From contig JAGIQG010000043.1 in NCBI GenBank assembly GCA_024679065.1, forward strand, positions 868,001 to 932,000: 64,000 bases of DNA, read 5' to 3'. The notes beneath the pieces were generated by a model that was not told the origin of the DNA, did not search any database, and saw only the letters and a list, made by a program, of their open reading frames with translations. This stretch comes from Sphyrna mokarran (Eukaryota). Shown here one piece after another: positions 36,668-49,915 of this stretch (positions are counted from its first letter, which is position 1; the number at the start of each line of letters is the position of its first letter). A program made the position numbers and the translations under genes.

Positions 36668-39424
36668 CAGAGACACAGCGACTGCTCTTTGCCGTAAAAA
36701 ATAACTTTTAGTTCAAGGCCTCATCTGAATAGTAAATAATAAAATAAGACAGAGATTCCAGACAGAAAAAAAGACAAAATATTCCAGAAGATGACAAATT
36801 TGATTGTAATTTAGAGAGTGAATAATAACCTATTTTTTGTTAGTCAGTGTAATTAGTATTCATCGAAACAGTATTCCAATAGAAACATATGCTATTCGGT
36901 TTTTTAATAGATTATTGAATATGTCCATTCTAAGTTAGATACATTGTTACTTATTGATTTCAGAGATTATGTCGAGGAGTTATTACGATTTAACCACTGA
37001 AATTTGCTGAAGGGCATATATTACGCTTTCTTACACACTTCTAACAAATTATAAGGTGAGGTAATCCTCTTCGAGTGGTTATGTGATAGTTCTCAAAAAG
37101 GGGATGAGCCTCCACTTCATAACAATCCGCTCTCACTGTTTTTTTTATAGATTATCAATACTCTACCAAACTAAAATAATTCCCCAGTTGGAATTTATTT
37201 TCTGTATTACTCTTACTGTGCGACATCTTGTCAAATGCCTATTGAAGTTCAGATACAATGCACCTACAAGGCCCCATTGTCCCCTTTGCACACATCTACC
37301 AGTAACAGTAAACCAAAGTCAGACATGAATTATCCTGTATGAAACAATGCTAACTGATGGATTGCGTTTTGTCTTTCCAAAAGTCCACTCTGCGTCCTTA
37401 ATTATGAATTCAAACAATTTCCCAACGACGGTCATTAACGTAAGTGGTCTATATCTCCCTACATTCTGTATTTCTCGTTCCATGGAATAATAGCATTTCA
37501 TGAGCCTTTTCTAATCCACTGGATTAGATTTGCTTTTGGAACATTATAGCCTGTGGGCGGGATTTTAAGACTGCCTTCGGCTCCAAACAGCAAAATCCAG
37601 CTCAGAGTCAAAAGACCTTTCCAGTATTCGTTCCTGCCTGCTCCGATGTTATGGCAGGCAGGGCGGTGCAATCTGGCTAATGTCTCCATTATCTCTGTTG
37701 CCACTTCCTTCAAGATTCGAGGAGGTAGGTTGCCATCCTGTAGAGACCAGTCTTCTGTCTTCAATTCCAATATTATGGTAGTACCTTTCCCTTAGTGATG
37801 GAATTGGTTTGTGTTCCTCATTTCTCTAGCTACGAAATTTCACTTTCTTGTTTTCACTTGCACTGCGAACTGGTACGGTGGCAGAGTGGTTAGCAATGCT
37901 GTCTTGGGCCCGGGTTCGGTTTGTGGCTTGGGTTACTGATTGTGCAGAGTTTTCAATTTCTCTCAGGGTCTGCTCTGTTTCCCACTGCAGTCCGAAAGGC
38001 ATGCTGGTGCATTAGTCAAGCTAAATTGTGCCCCCGAACAGGCACCAGGTTGGAGTGAATGGAATATCTTCATAATAATTTCATTGTTATTTTATTGTAT
38101 GCCTAATTGTGACGCTAATATATATACACACACATGCATGTGTGTATGTGCGTGTCTGTGTGTGTTCTAATAATTGTAATCCGAATGTCATAGACATTCA
38201 GAAACAGCATGTTTAAGTTTTATTACGTTTCCCTACTGTTGCACGATTCTTTGTGGCAATTCCCTATAACTGTCAACTTGTAAAATACCTTTAGGGACGC
38301 CCTGAGCATGTCTGGTGTCAAGGATAATAAAGCGGAACAAAAAAAAAATCATGTTTACGTATGTTTTGCTAACTCGGCAATTGATGCATTCTATAAATTG
38401 TTTGACGAATGTCTCGCAGTTATTTTGCATACAAATGCAGAATGCAATAATGAACAAGATAAGAAAATAGGAATGCAAAGAGATCAGAGTGAAATATTAG
38501 GCGCTACTCTGCATTTAGTACGGGAAAAAGAGAAATTGCGCAGTAACATGGCTGAATTTGCACCTGTTGGACGTTTAGATGTTCCGGCCAACAAAGGAAA
38601 TTTCCTGCACGTCTCATGTCTGGGACGGGAATTGTGAGCTTTCCCTTTCCTCTCCAACCAGAATCGGGGAACCTGTTCAATGCCATGCGGGATTAAAATG
38701 TCTGTGGAAAAAAAAAATGGATCTGTAAATGTCACCGTTGCTGCGGGTCTGGAGTCCATGTTGGCCAGACTAGATGCGAACGGCAGACGTCTTTCTCCAA
38801 AGGGCATTAATGAGTCAGTTGTTTTTTTTTTTATAAATGACAATTAACAATTGTTTTGTAGTCATCATTACAATTTTAATTCCAGATTTTTATTAATTTC
38901 GAATTTGACCAACTGCAATGGTGGAATACTAATCTAGGTCATCAGAGTTTTAACTTGCTTCATTGAGTTGATCGACCAGTGAAAATGCGACTGCCCAACT
39001 GCCTCTCTTAAAGAGGCATGTGAAGGGGCTGATAAACCCCTTTATTTTATTCTATTAGATCCTGGCTAATATTTAATTTAACGTTTATTTGCCAGATTAT
39101 GTTTCAGGGCTGAATTTTCTCAGCCTTGGAAACGGCTTTTAATGTTTTTTTAAAGGTGATGGATAGCAATGTTAGATTCCCATTCCCATTTGTGTGAACA
39201 AGTGCTCCCTGACGTCACGTGTGTAAGGTACGTTCCATAAGAACATAAAAAATAGGAATAGAACGAGGCCATCTGCGAGCCTGCCCCGCCATTCATGGCT
39301 GATCTGAAGGGGATCAGTTCCACTTTCCCGTTTTCTCCCCATAATTCTTAATTCCCGTGTCTATCAGAAACCTATCTACCCGTGATTTAAATATATTCAG
39401 CGAGGTAGCCTGTACCACTGTAAT

Positions 39425-39765
39425 GGGCGGCACGGTAGCTCAGTGGTTGGCACTGCTGCTTCACAATTCCAGGGTGCTCGGATCGATTCCTGGCTCGGGT
39501 CACTGCCTGTGTGGAGGTTGTACATTCTCCTCGTGTCTGCGTACGTTTCCTCCGGGTACTCCGGTTTCCTCCCACAGTCCAAATATATACAGGTTTGGTT
39601 GATTGGCCATGCTAAGAAATTGCCCCTTAGTGTCCAGGGATGCGTAGGTTAGAGGGATTAGTGGTTATAATATGTAGGGATATGGGGGTAGAGCCTGAGT
39701 GGGATTGTGTTCGGTGCAGACTCAATAGGCTGAAGGGCTTCTTTTTGCACTGTAGGGTTCTATGA
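39425..39765 (+). mobile_element. Full-length HE1-type SINE inserted in an older minus-strand CR1 (39235-40015)
   Basis: gggcggcacggtagctcagtggttgg start and ttctatg tail; the CR1 3' sequence resumes on both sides. Confidence 0.8.
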
Positions 39766-41027
39766 TGTATGAGAATTTCAGAGATTCACCATCCTTTGAA
39801 AGAAGAAGTTCTCCTCAACTCCATTATAAACTATTCCCCCCAACCCCTTATTTTGAGGTTGTGTCCTGTAGTTCTGTTTTCATTTCTAAGCGTAAAGAAT
39901 CTCTCCACTTCCACCCTATCTAGCCCCTTCATTATCTTGGAAGTCTCTATAAGATCCCTCTCAGCCTTCTAAACTCGAACAAGTACACCCCAGTCTATCC
40001 AATCTCTTCTCTTAAGTTTCGAATTAGAATTTCGGCCTATAATTTCTGGAGTCATCCTGCACCAGTGGCAATTCCTTGTCTGCCATTGCTCTATCAAGTT
40101 GATTGATTATATTAAACTAAAACAAAATATTGCGGATGCTGGAAATCTTAACTATTATCAGAAAATGCTACATAAAATCAAATGACTGGCTGCATCTGTC
40201 GCGGGCAACAGAGTTAACCTGTTAAGTACACTTCTATAGAAGAGGATCTCGAATAGATGATGCTTCAATCTCCAACAGCCATGAAAAAGTGAACTTAACT
40301 TGCACTGTGCTATCGTGTTTAAGAACACGAACAGGTCATTCGGCCCTTCAAATTTGCTTCGTCATTCAGAAGGATGATCTGATATTCTTTTTCCTGCCCT
40401 TTGCTCATAACACTTGATTCCCTTACTGTCAAAACCATATCTATCTCAGCCTTAAATATACACATCTTGCCCCACAGCTCTGTGGCAAGGAGTTACAAGA
40501 ATTCAACCTTCGTCTTGGTCTTGTGCTGGCGCCCAATTTTTGCTCAGATTATGTCATCTGATCCTACGCTCTTCCATCGGAGGGTACTATCTTCTCCATA
40601 TTAAGCCACTCAAGTTCCGTAAGAACCATGTTTGTTTATTTAAGATTACCTTTCATTCTTCTAAATTGCAATGGGTAGAGCTCCAAACTGTTAATCCTTT
40701 CCTCATAAAAAAATTCCTCCACATCGCGGATTGTCCAAGTGAACATTTGCTGATCTGGTTTCAAAAGCTATGCAGGAAAAGTAAGCGTGTTTTGTTATTT
40801 TTGGTGAACATACATTTCCAACAACGATTGCAATCTCTGACCCAATATTATTGAAATAAACATCAATCGCATTATCTCAGTGAAAAAGACATCGCAAATG
40901 GCACGGTAGCACAGTGGTTAGCACTGCAGCTTCACAGTGCAACAGTCCTGGGTTCGAGTGTTCGCTCGGGTCACTCTCTCTGTAGAGTTTGTACATTCTC
41001 TTCGTGTCTGCGTGGGTTTCCTCCGGG

Positions 41028-41903
41028 TAGAACATAGAACATAGAACATTACAGCACAGAACAGGCCCTTCGGCCTTCGATGTTGTGCCGACCAAAATAA
41101 AAAGCAATGCCCCTCCAAACTAAACAATTCCCTTCTCTTCCATATACTTATCAATTAACCTCTTAAACGCCACCAAACTTGGCGCATCTACAACAGCTGC
41201 AGGCAGGGCATTCCACTCCTAATCACTCTTTGAGTAAAGAACCTACCTCTGATATCCGTCCTATAACTCATACCCCTTAATCTAAAGCTGTGTCCCCTCG
41301 TGCTAGCTTTCTCCATCCTAGGAAAAAGGCTATCACTGTCCACCCTATCTAAACCTTAATCATCTTATATGTTTCAATAAGGTCTCCTCTTAGCCGCCTT
41401 CTTTCTAACGAAAACAACCTCAAATCCCTCAGCCTCTCTTCATAAGACCTGCCCTCCATACCAGGCAACATCTGGTAAACCTCCTCTGTACCCTCTCCAA
41501 TGCCTCCACATCTTTCTTATAATGTGGCGACCAGAACTGCACACAATACTCCAAGTGCGGCAGCACTAGAGTTTTGTACAGTTGCAACATGATGCTGCGG
41601 CTCCTAAATTCAATCCCCCTACCAATAAAAGCTAAGACTCCATATGCCTTCTTAACAACTTTATCCACTTGACTGCCTACTTTCATGGATCTATTGACAC
41701 ATACACCAAGATCCTTCTGTTCCTCAACACTATTAAGAGCCCTACCATTAGCCCTATACTCTACAGATTTATTGTTCCTGCCAAAGTGCATTACCTCACA
41801 CTTTTCCACATTAAACTCCATTTGCAACCTCTCGGCCCAGCTCTGCAACTTGTCCAAGTCACTCTGTAAACTATAACACCCCTCTTCACTATCTACCACT
41901 CCA
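41028..41903 (-). mobile_element. CR1 3' portion inserted inside an HE1-type SINE (40900-42105)
   Basis: ORF 41429-42049 has RT C-terminal motifs; the SINE sequence is split around it. Confidence 0.88.
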
Positions 41904-43024
41904 GATTCGTCCCACACTACAAAGATGTGCGGGTTAGATTGACAGGTCATGCTATGAAACTGTCCCTTAGCGTCCAGGGATGCTACGTTAGATGGATCAG
42001 AGGTTTTAATATGTCGGAACATGGAGCTAGAGACTGAGTGGGATTGCATTCGGTGCAGGTTCGATGGGCCGAAAGGCCTCTTTCTCCACTATAGGGTTCT
42101 ATGATTCAATCACATTCATTTGCTTGACTGAAATTCTAGGAATTTTGTTCACAATTTGTAATGAATCATTTCACCAGCAAGTTTTTTTTTTCTCTGTCAA
42201 AGCCACAGGCAGTGTAAACATTAAATTTTACCGGTAAAAAAAAAAATCGTTGTGTTCAAAGAGGACTAATTATCAGGGACTTTGGGAAATAGCTAGGATG
42301 CGAGACTAAAGAGCAGATTCATACAGCTGGCACAGGCGTGGCAGGCAGAATTAACTTTTTTTCATGTTGCAAATGACCACAGTTCTAAGTTTCGAGTCTA
42401 TAACATCCACTTCACCATGTTACCAAACTGGAATATGGATTGCAGGTAACTTTTTACTTCAGGTCAATATATATGCATCTACAGTATCATGTTGCAACCA
42501 ATTAAGGATTGGAATGCAGTGAACTGAAGATTTCATATTCATGAAGCTGAAATTCCCATCCAGTTGCTAAGCTGCTTGCCAGTCTTTAACCCACTTCCAA
42601 AGCACATGCATTAACTCCAAAATGTTTTTCTTAATCAGCTGAAGAGACACCCAAAACGCATGTCCTTTGAGCTCTGAAAAAAATGGAATCACACAGCTTG
42701 CATTGACATTCAAATCCTGTTTTAATATATTGCGTTGCGCTTTGCTCACACACTGTATGAAGTGCAATGTGGAGTTGTGAACTCCGATATTGGAAATTAG
42801 AAACTAGAAATTAGAAAATTGAAGTTGAACTGCAAGCAGTTTTTAATTGTACAATCGTTGACACTAGGGAGGAATTCAGTTTCCAGTTGGGCACCATTGT
42901 ATAAATTTAGAAGAAAATCCGCCTGAAGTTGGAACTTCAAAACTGCGTGTGCAACAAGATCTAAAGTTCCGACGCATCAGATGTCCATGAATCACACAGC
43001 AAGCTGTCCGTCTTTCTTCTCCAG

Positions 43025-43069
43025 TTAGAGCGTTGGATTCTTGTTGAACGCCAGTCGGGCGTAATCTGT
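43025..43069 (-). CDS. Gene B: terminal coding exon with tyrosine motif (TDYARLAFNKNPTL*)
   Basis: ttttcatccacag|ACA, phase 0, TAA stop. ATTAAA on the minus strand near 42842-42847 may be the polyA signal. Confidence 0.85.
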   Translation of the reverse strand, partial: TDYARLAFNKNPTL

Positions 43070-44788
43070 CTGTGGATGAAAAGTAACCTTTTAGTATGTT
43101 AAACTTTGCACTGTGTAGTACAGTATTTAGCCAGTGGCTTGCTTCACACCGCCAGAGGCCCTGGTTCAATTCAGTGACTTCCGGTGTCTCTGTGGGTTTC
43201 CTCTGGGACTCCGGTTTCCTTCCACAGTTCAAAGATGTTGCGGGTTAGGTTGATTGGTTTTGATAAATTGACTTTTATTGATAGGGGGATTTGCAGGATA
43301 AAACCGTGGATAGGACCTGGGAAAGATTGTTCTTGGTGCAGGCTCGATAGGCCAACTGGGCTCTTACTGCACTGCAGGTATTCTGTGATGCTTTAAATGT
43401 CATCCCGGCCATCATTATAGGGATAAGTGAAACTGTTGAACTTATATAACCATAGAATCCCTGGGGTGCAGGAAAGGCTATTGGGTACCTGCTCTCTGAT
43501 AGAGAGTCTTGCCCCCGCCCTATTCCTATTTCTCTGTTTGCTTATCATAAACAATCCATCTAACCTACACACCTTTTGGATACTGAAAGAGAAAATAGGA
43601 AGGCAAATCCAACTAAACTGCACATTTTCGGAAACTAAGAGTGAATTTATCATTGACAATACAGCCAATCTGCAAATCTTTACACATAAAGGTACAATTC
43701 CTCATGATGATCTACTTAACTTGCAAATCTTTAGACACAAACGCATATTAGCAAGGCTAATGCAACTAACCTGCGAATCGTTGGGCACGGAGGGAATTTC
43801 GGCATGGCCTATCCCCCAATCGACTACATTTGGCCTATTGAGTCTGCACCGACTCTCCATAAGAGACCATATCCACATGACCCCACGCATTTACCCCACG
43901 AATAGCACTACTGTACAAATCTGGGCACACTAAGCGGCAATTGATCATGGTAAATTCACTTAACAAGCACACTTTTGAATAGTGGAGGTGATAGGAACAC
44001 TGGCAGAAACCTACACAGACACGGGGAGAAGAAGCACAGGCAGTAACGGCCAGACTGTGTTTCTGGAGCTGTGAGGCTCAACATGGAAGTCATGTTGGAG
44101 TTAGACAGAATGTCGTGAGGTCACAGGTAGAGAACTGTTTGCAGTTCTTTTCTCCATGTTTTCAAAAGTGTGCGATTACACTGGAGAGTTTGCAGAGAGC
44201 AATCACCAGGTTGCCGCCTCCGATGGAACACTTAAGATACAGAGAAGGGTTGAGTAGACTTGGGTTGGTTTCACTGGAGCAGAGAAGACTGAGAAGCGAT
44301 CTAATCAAGGTGTACAATATGACAAGGGACATGTATCAGAGTGGATAAGAAATGGTTATTCCCCTGAAGGGTCAGTCACAAGGGAACATGGCTTCAAGGT
44401 GAGGGACAAGAAGCTTAGGAGGGTTGTGACGAAAATGCTTTTTTTTTAATTTCTGGAATGCGTGGCTGGTTGCCTCATATTCTAAAATCCCTGAATGAGA
44501 AGTTGGTTTTTCATAACATTCAATGTTCAGGGCCAAATGCTGGCAGATAAGATTATATGGGAGTACAGATGTTACTGGTGTGTTAGTACGGGGCCGATAG
44601 ACCGAATGGTCTCTTCTGTATTGTGTGTGATTCTATGATTATATGAGACTCGACTTATTTTTAGTCTTTCCGCAGATGCTGCTGAGGTTCCATACAACTT
44701 CCTTCTTGTACCATCAATTCTAAACTTTTGTTTAAATTGTTCTGTAGTGTGTCCGTGTGTAATCGCAATATTAATTTAATTCATTCAC

Positions 44789-44847
44789 CTCTTCATTCTG
44801 TTTGTATTCTCTGGAACTTGTCAGCTCCTCGCCATTGTTCACGGTGC
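44789..44847 (-). CDS. Gene B: cytoplasmic exon 1 (GTVNNGEELTSSREYKQNEE)
   Basis: ctttctaacag|GC ... GAG|gtgaat, 59 nt. Confidence 0.85.
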
Positions 44848-44966
44848 CTGTTAGAAAGAGGAATGTAAGTTGAAGCTCAATGACCGTATTTCACCTCTCA
44901 AGGGTTCAATAAGGATGTTCTAATTGAGAACGCAAAAAATATAAAGTGTCTCCCAACTATCGCTAC

Positions 44967-45086
44967 CTCTCTTCCGCTTCCTGTAGGCCCATCTCCTGGC
45001 CACAAGAACCAATCCCAGAAGGAGGAGTGTCGCTGCCGACAAAGCCCCGGAAAGCAGCAACATGCATTTAGTCCGGAACGCAGAAT
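44967..45086 (-). CDS. Gene B: transmembrane exon (DSAFRTKCMLLLSGALSAATLLLLGLVLVARRWAYRKRKR)
   Basis: cttttgcag|AT ... AGAG|gtagcg, 120 nt, phase 1-1. Conserved Cys and uncharged TM. Confidence 0.88.
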
Positions 45087-46383
45087 CTGCAAAAGAAAAA
45101 ACAACTTCCAGTTAAAAAAAAATGCGTAAGTGATTAAACAATTGGAGAATTTTCTCAACTCTGTCTGCCTGATTTCACCTGCAATCAGGAACTTTTTTTA
45201 AAACAATCTATTCTACTGTCATTCATTCGCGCGGAGTTCTTATATAGCACTTCTTCAACAGGATATGGGGTGGCATAGTGGTGGTGACACGGTGATAGGA
45301 TGAGAGAGAGAGAGAGAGAGAGGATAAGTAGACACACTGACCGAGAAAAAACAACGGTCAGCTTTCCCTGGACGTAATTGCATGGATCGAGAGAGAAAAT
45401 ATGGAAAAGGAAAGAGAGATGGTGGATTGTCAATGACATAACGACAAACAGGTAGATATTTAGAGAACATTTTTCGGATGAAAATATTTAAATGAGAGTC
45501 AGAGAAGTAGGTTATATGAACGTAAAAATGCGTACAAACATGTCAATATAAAGTGACTCTGGGAATATAATCAGACGTTTCAATGTGGCATATCTCCAAA
45601 TTAGCCACTGATCACCAACTATGACAATATTGCCTAGTCAGATGGAAGAACACTAAGAATAGAAGGATCAGGAGGCCACTCCACCCCTGTAGGCGTCTCC
45701 GTCATACAATAACATCAAAGCTAATCTCCCGTCAAACATCCAGTTTCCTGCTCATTGCCCAAATCCATTAATCCATCGAGGCCTATAACACCATCTGACA
45801 GACTGAACATCCACAACTCTTTGGCGTACAGAAAAGAGGAAGTACATTTTCAGAAAGCGAAATAATGAACCTTTGAGAGGCCCTTTGATGGATCAGTCAT
45901 TAATTTGGTTTATAGAATCCCTATAGTACAGAAGGAGGTTATTTGGCTATTGACAATGTTTCTACAGAAACCCAACCAAACCCTGTAATCTCATAGCTCC
46001 ATCTACTTACCCTGCCAACCCTTCTGACGCTAAGGAACAATTTAGCATGGCCAATCCGCCGAGTTTACACATCTTAGGAAACTAAGGGACAGTTTAGCAT
46101 GGCCAATCCAACTAACCTGCACATCTTTGGACGCCATGGGACAAGATAGCATGGCCAATCCATCTAATCTGAACATCATCGGAAAGTAGGAGGAAGCTGG
46201 TGCTCTTGGAAGGAACCTGCACATAATGAGAGAATGCACGGTCTCCAAATAGTCATGGTGGAATTGAACCTTGTCCTTTCCATGGAAGCAATAGGAAATA
46301 AAGGCACTTCTAATGTACAATGGTGGGGGCCTCTCTTAGTAAAGATTAGCACTGTTTTGTGACTGGTCATTGTAAATAACTAC

Positions 46384-46689
46384 CTCTCTGAGCTGCGACA
46401 CTCTCACTGAAAAGATGATCACCAGAGTTGACCTGAACGGCGCAAGTACAGCAAGCGCCGCTGCTCCAAGTTTCCGCCGAAACACTGATGTAACTCCTGA
46501 TGGTATAGGTCCCATCCGGTTCCAGTGCCCCTGAATCGGTCTGCCCCTCGATATCCCTCCCCACAGCATTCCAGAGGATGGGAAAGGAATCGGGAGACAA
46601 ACCTCTGACCAAACACAACAACGAGACCCTTTCCATGGTGGGAATCTCATCCAGCGGCGGAGTGAGGAGGAAAATGTTAGGAGAGTCCG
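46384..46689 (-). CDS. Gene B: Ig C1-set domain exon
   Basis: tttag|CG ... AGAG|gtagtt, 306 nt. 72 of the first 90 residues are identical to gene A C1 (manual count). Confidence 0.92.
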
Positions 46690-46874
46690 CTAAATCCGGC
46701 AAATAAAACAGAAAATCCATTAATTATGGAATTTTTCGTAGTAACTTTATTGCATTATTACCACATGCAATGTGTGTTATCAGTGAATAAACTTAAAACT
46801 TTAATAGTTGGAACAGGACAAGTTTTAATTGCTGTTTGTATACTCAATTCAATGGAGAAAATAGAAATATTTAC

Positions 46875-47213
46875 CTGTGATCACTAACATAGAGCCGTTT
46901 CCGAATATCAATTCTCTGACCGTGTAATGGCGCACTGCACAGTAATACATTCCAGAATCGTTCCTCTGGGTATCGGCAATGATCAGGGAATACTTATCTT
47001 TTTTGTCAGAAACCTCACTGGAAAATCTCCCTTCTGCTGGGAGGTGATTGCTCGTGATGTAAAGCAGCTTCATGCCGCTATTCTCCCTCTTTTTGTACCA
47101 GTAGACATAATCAATACCTAAGAGCTGGATGTGACAGCTGAGTTTAACATAATCCCCCACCTGGAATGTCTGAACTGGCGGAGACTGGGACAAGATGGAC
47201 TGCGACACTGAAA
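46875..47213 (-). CDS. Gene B: germline-joined V+J Ig V-set exon (paralogue of gene A)
   Basis: Minus-strand acceptor tttccag|TT and donor ACAG|gtaaat, 339 nt. SVSQSILSQSP...VKLSC...WYKK...GRFS...DSGMYYCA...FGNGSMLVIT; 61/112 residues identical to gene A V by manual ungapped alignment. Confidence 0.93.
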
Positions 47214-47329
47214 CTGGAAACAGAGAGAAAATAAGTGTTATCACAGGTTATAGAGCATTCCTCCGAACAACGAAGGTACACAGATAGGAATGTTTCTTGT
47301 CCAAAATAATGGGTTCACAATTAGTATCG

Positions 47330-48100
47330 TGCTGATTAAGTAGGGAGGAAGGCAGCAGACGAGAAATCATAGGGCAATTAACTTGACTTGAATAATTAGC
47401 AAGATTTTAGAGTCCATTATTAAAAATGAATCGAAGAGTACTTGAAGTGCCTGATATAATAGAACTAAGTCAGCACAGCTTTGTCAAGGGGAGATCATGT
47501 CTGACAAATCTGATCGAGTGTTATTGAGGAAGTAACAAGGAAATTAGATAATGGAGAACCAGTGAATGTGATCCACTTAGATTTGCAAAAGGCATTTGAC
47601 AAGCTACTGCGCTGGAGACTATTAAGTAAGTTGAGAACCCATCGTGTTAAGGATACGATGCTGGCCTGGATAGAGGATTGGCTGACAGGCAGACGACAGA
47701 GAGTGGGGATAAATGGGTATTTATTTCAGAATGACAACCAGTGACTGGCGGTGTGCCTCAGGGATCGATCCTTAGACCACAACGTTTCACAATATGCATT
47801 AACGGTTTGGAAGAAGAAACTGAAGGCCCTGTTGCCAAGCTTGCAACTGATGTGAACACATGTAGAGGAACAGGGAATTACTGAGAAAGCGGGTAGGGGG
47901 CTGGCTGCAGAAAGACTTGGACAAGTTAGGAAAGTGGGCAGAGAAGTGGCAGATGTAATGCAACGTGCAAAAACGTGAAATTATGATTTGGAAAGAGCCA
48001 TGAAGGCACACACTATTTTCAAATGGGACAATGCTGAGGCAATCAGAAACACAAAAAGACTAAGGAGTTATTGTTCAAGGTTATTCACGCAGAGTGCTGG
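47330..48100 (+). mobile_element. Old degenerate CR1 RT fragment
   Basis: LDLQKAFDK...WIEDWLTGRRQRVGING. Confidence 0.8.
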
Positions 48101-48439
48101 AAATGTAGCTTATTCACGCAGAGTGCTGGANNNNNNNNNNNNNNNNNNNNNNNNNNNNNNNNNNNNNNNNNNNNNNNNNNNNNNNNNNNNNNNNNNNNNN
48201 NNNNNNNNNNNNNNNNNNNNNNNNNNNNNNTACTGTGGCCCTCCCCAAATCTATGTTACTTACTAATACCTCACTCTGTCACATATATGCAAATCTTGAA
48301 CCTTGGTTCGGAATGGATCAGTTCGAGGAGGGATGGAGACTGAGGGGTTGGGGGCAGCTTTTTTGAGATGTATAAAATTATATGGGTCACAGATAGACTG
48401 GACCATAGAAACGTTTCAACTGTATTTATTCGTGCCACA

Positions 48440-49915
48440 AGTAGAACATAAAACAGCACAGTACAGGCCCTTCGGCCCTCGATGTTGCGCCAGCCAGTTG
48501 ACCCTCTAACCTAAACTATTCCAATATCATCCATATGCCTATCCACCGACCATTTGAATGTCCCCAAAGTAGGCGAGTCCACAACTGCTGCAGGCAGGGC
48601 ATTCCACGCCCTCACCACCCTCTGTGTAAAGAACCTGCCTCTGACATCCGTCATATAACTACCACCTCTTAATTTAAAGTTATGTCCCCTCGTGTTGGTC
48701 ATCACCATCCGAGGAAAAAGGCTCTCACTATCTACCCTATCCAGTCCTTTGATCATCTTATACGCCTCAATTAGGTCACCGCGTAACCTTCTTCTCTCTA
48801 ATGAAAATAACCTCAGGTCCCTCAGCCTGTCCTCATAAGGCCTTCCCACCATACCAGGCAACATCCTGGTAAACCTCCTCTGCACCCTTTCCAATGCTTC
48901 CACATCTTTCTTATAATGCGGAGACCAGAACTGTACGCAATACTCCAAGTGCGGCCGCACCAGAGTTTTGTACAGTTGTAACATAACCTCACGGCTCCTA
49001 AATTCAATCCCTCTACCAATAAAAGCTAACACACCGTACGCCTTCTGAACAACTTTATCAACCTGGGTGAAAACTTTCAAAGAGCTATATACTTGTACTC
49101 CAAGATACCTCTGCTCAACAACACTATTAAGGATCCTTCCATTAGCCCTATATTTCATATGCCTGTTATTCCTACCAAAGTGAATCACCTCACACTTACC
49201 CGTATTGAATTCCATTTGCCACCTCACGGCCCAGCTCTGCAACCTATCTATGTCCCTCTGAAAACTGTAACATCCATCCTCGCTGTCTACAACTCCCCCC
49301 ACTTTGGTATCGTCAGCAAATTTACTAATCCAACCCTCTACACCCTCATCTAGGTCATTTATAAAAATGACAAAAAGCAGTGGCCCTAAAACAGATCCTT
49401 GAGGTACACCACTTGTAACTGCACTCCAGGTTGAATATTTCCCATCAACCACCACCCTCTGTCTTCTATCAGCTAGCCAATTCATAATCCAAACTGCTAA
49501 ATCACCTTCAATCCCATGCATCTACACTTTCTGCAGTAGCCTACCATGGGGAACCTTATCAAACGCTTTGCTAAAATCCATATACACTACATCAACTGCC
49601 TTACCCTTATCTACCTCTTTGGTCACCTCCTCAAAAAACTCAATAAGGTTTGTGAGGCACGACTTACCCTTCATAAAACCCTGCTGACTATGTCTAATCA
49701 ATTTATTTCTCTCTAGGTGCTTATAAATCCTATCCCTTAAAATTTTTTCCAAGACTTTGCCCACAACAGAAGTCAGGCTCACTGGTCTATAATTTCCAGG
49801 ATGGTCCCTACTCCTCTTTTTGAACAAAGGGACAACATTTGCCATCTTCCAGTCTTCCGGCACTATACCTGTAGCCAACGACGACATGAAGATCAAAGCC
49901 AAAGGCTCTGCAATC
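48440..49915 (-). mobile_element. CR1 LINE, RT to 3' end (in-frame stop between ORFs 49522-49902 and 48511-49521)
   Basis: Complete RT motif set and 3' tail. Confidence 0.93.

Noticed and set aside
48081-48130. Short tandem duplication ttattcacgcagagtgctgga next to an N gap
   Set aside because: CR1-derived sequence at a contig edge; most likely an assembly artefact.
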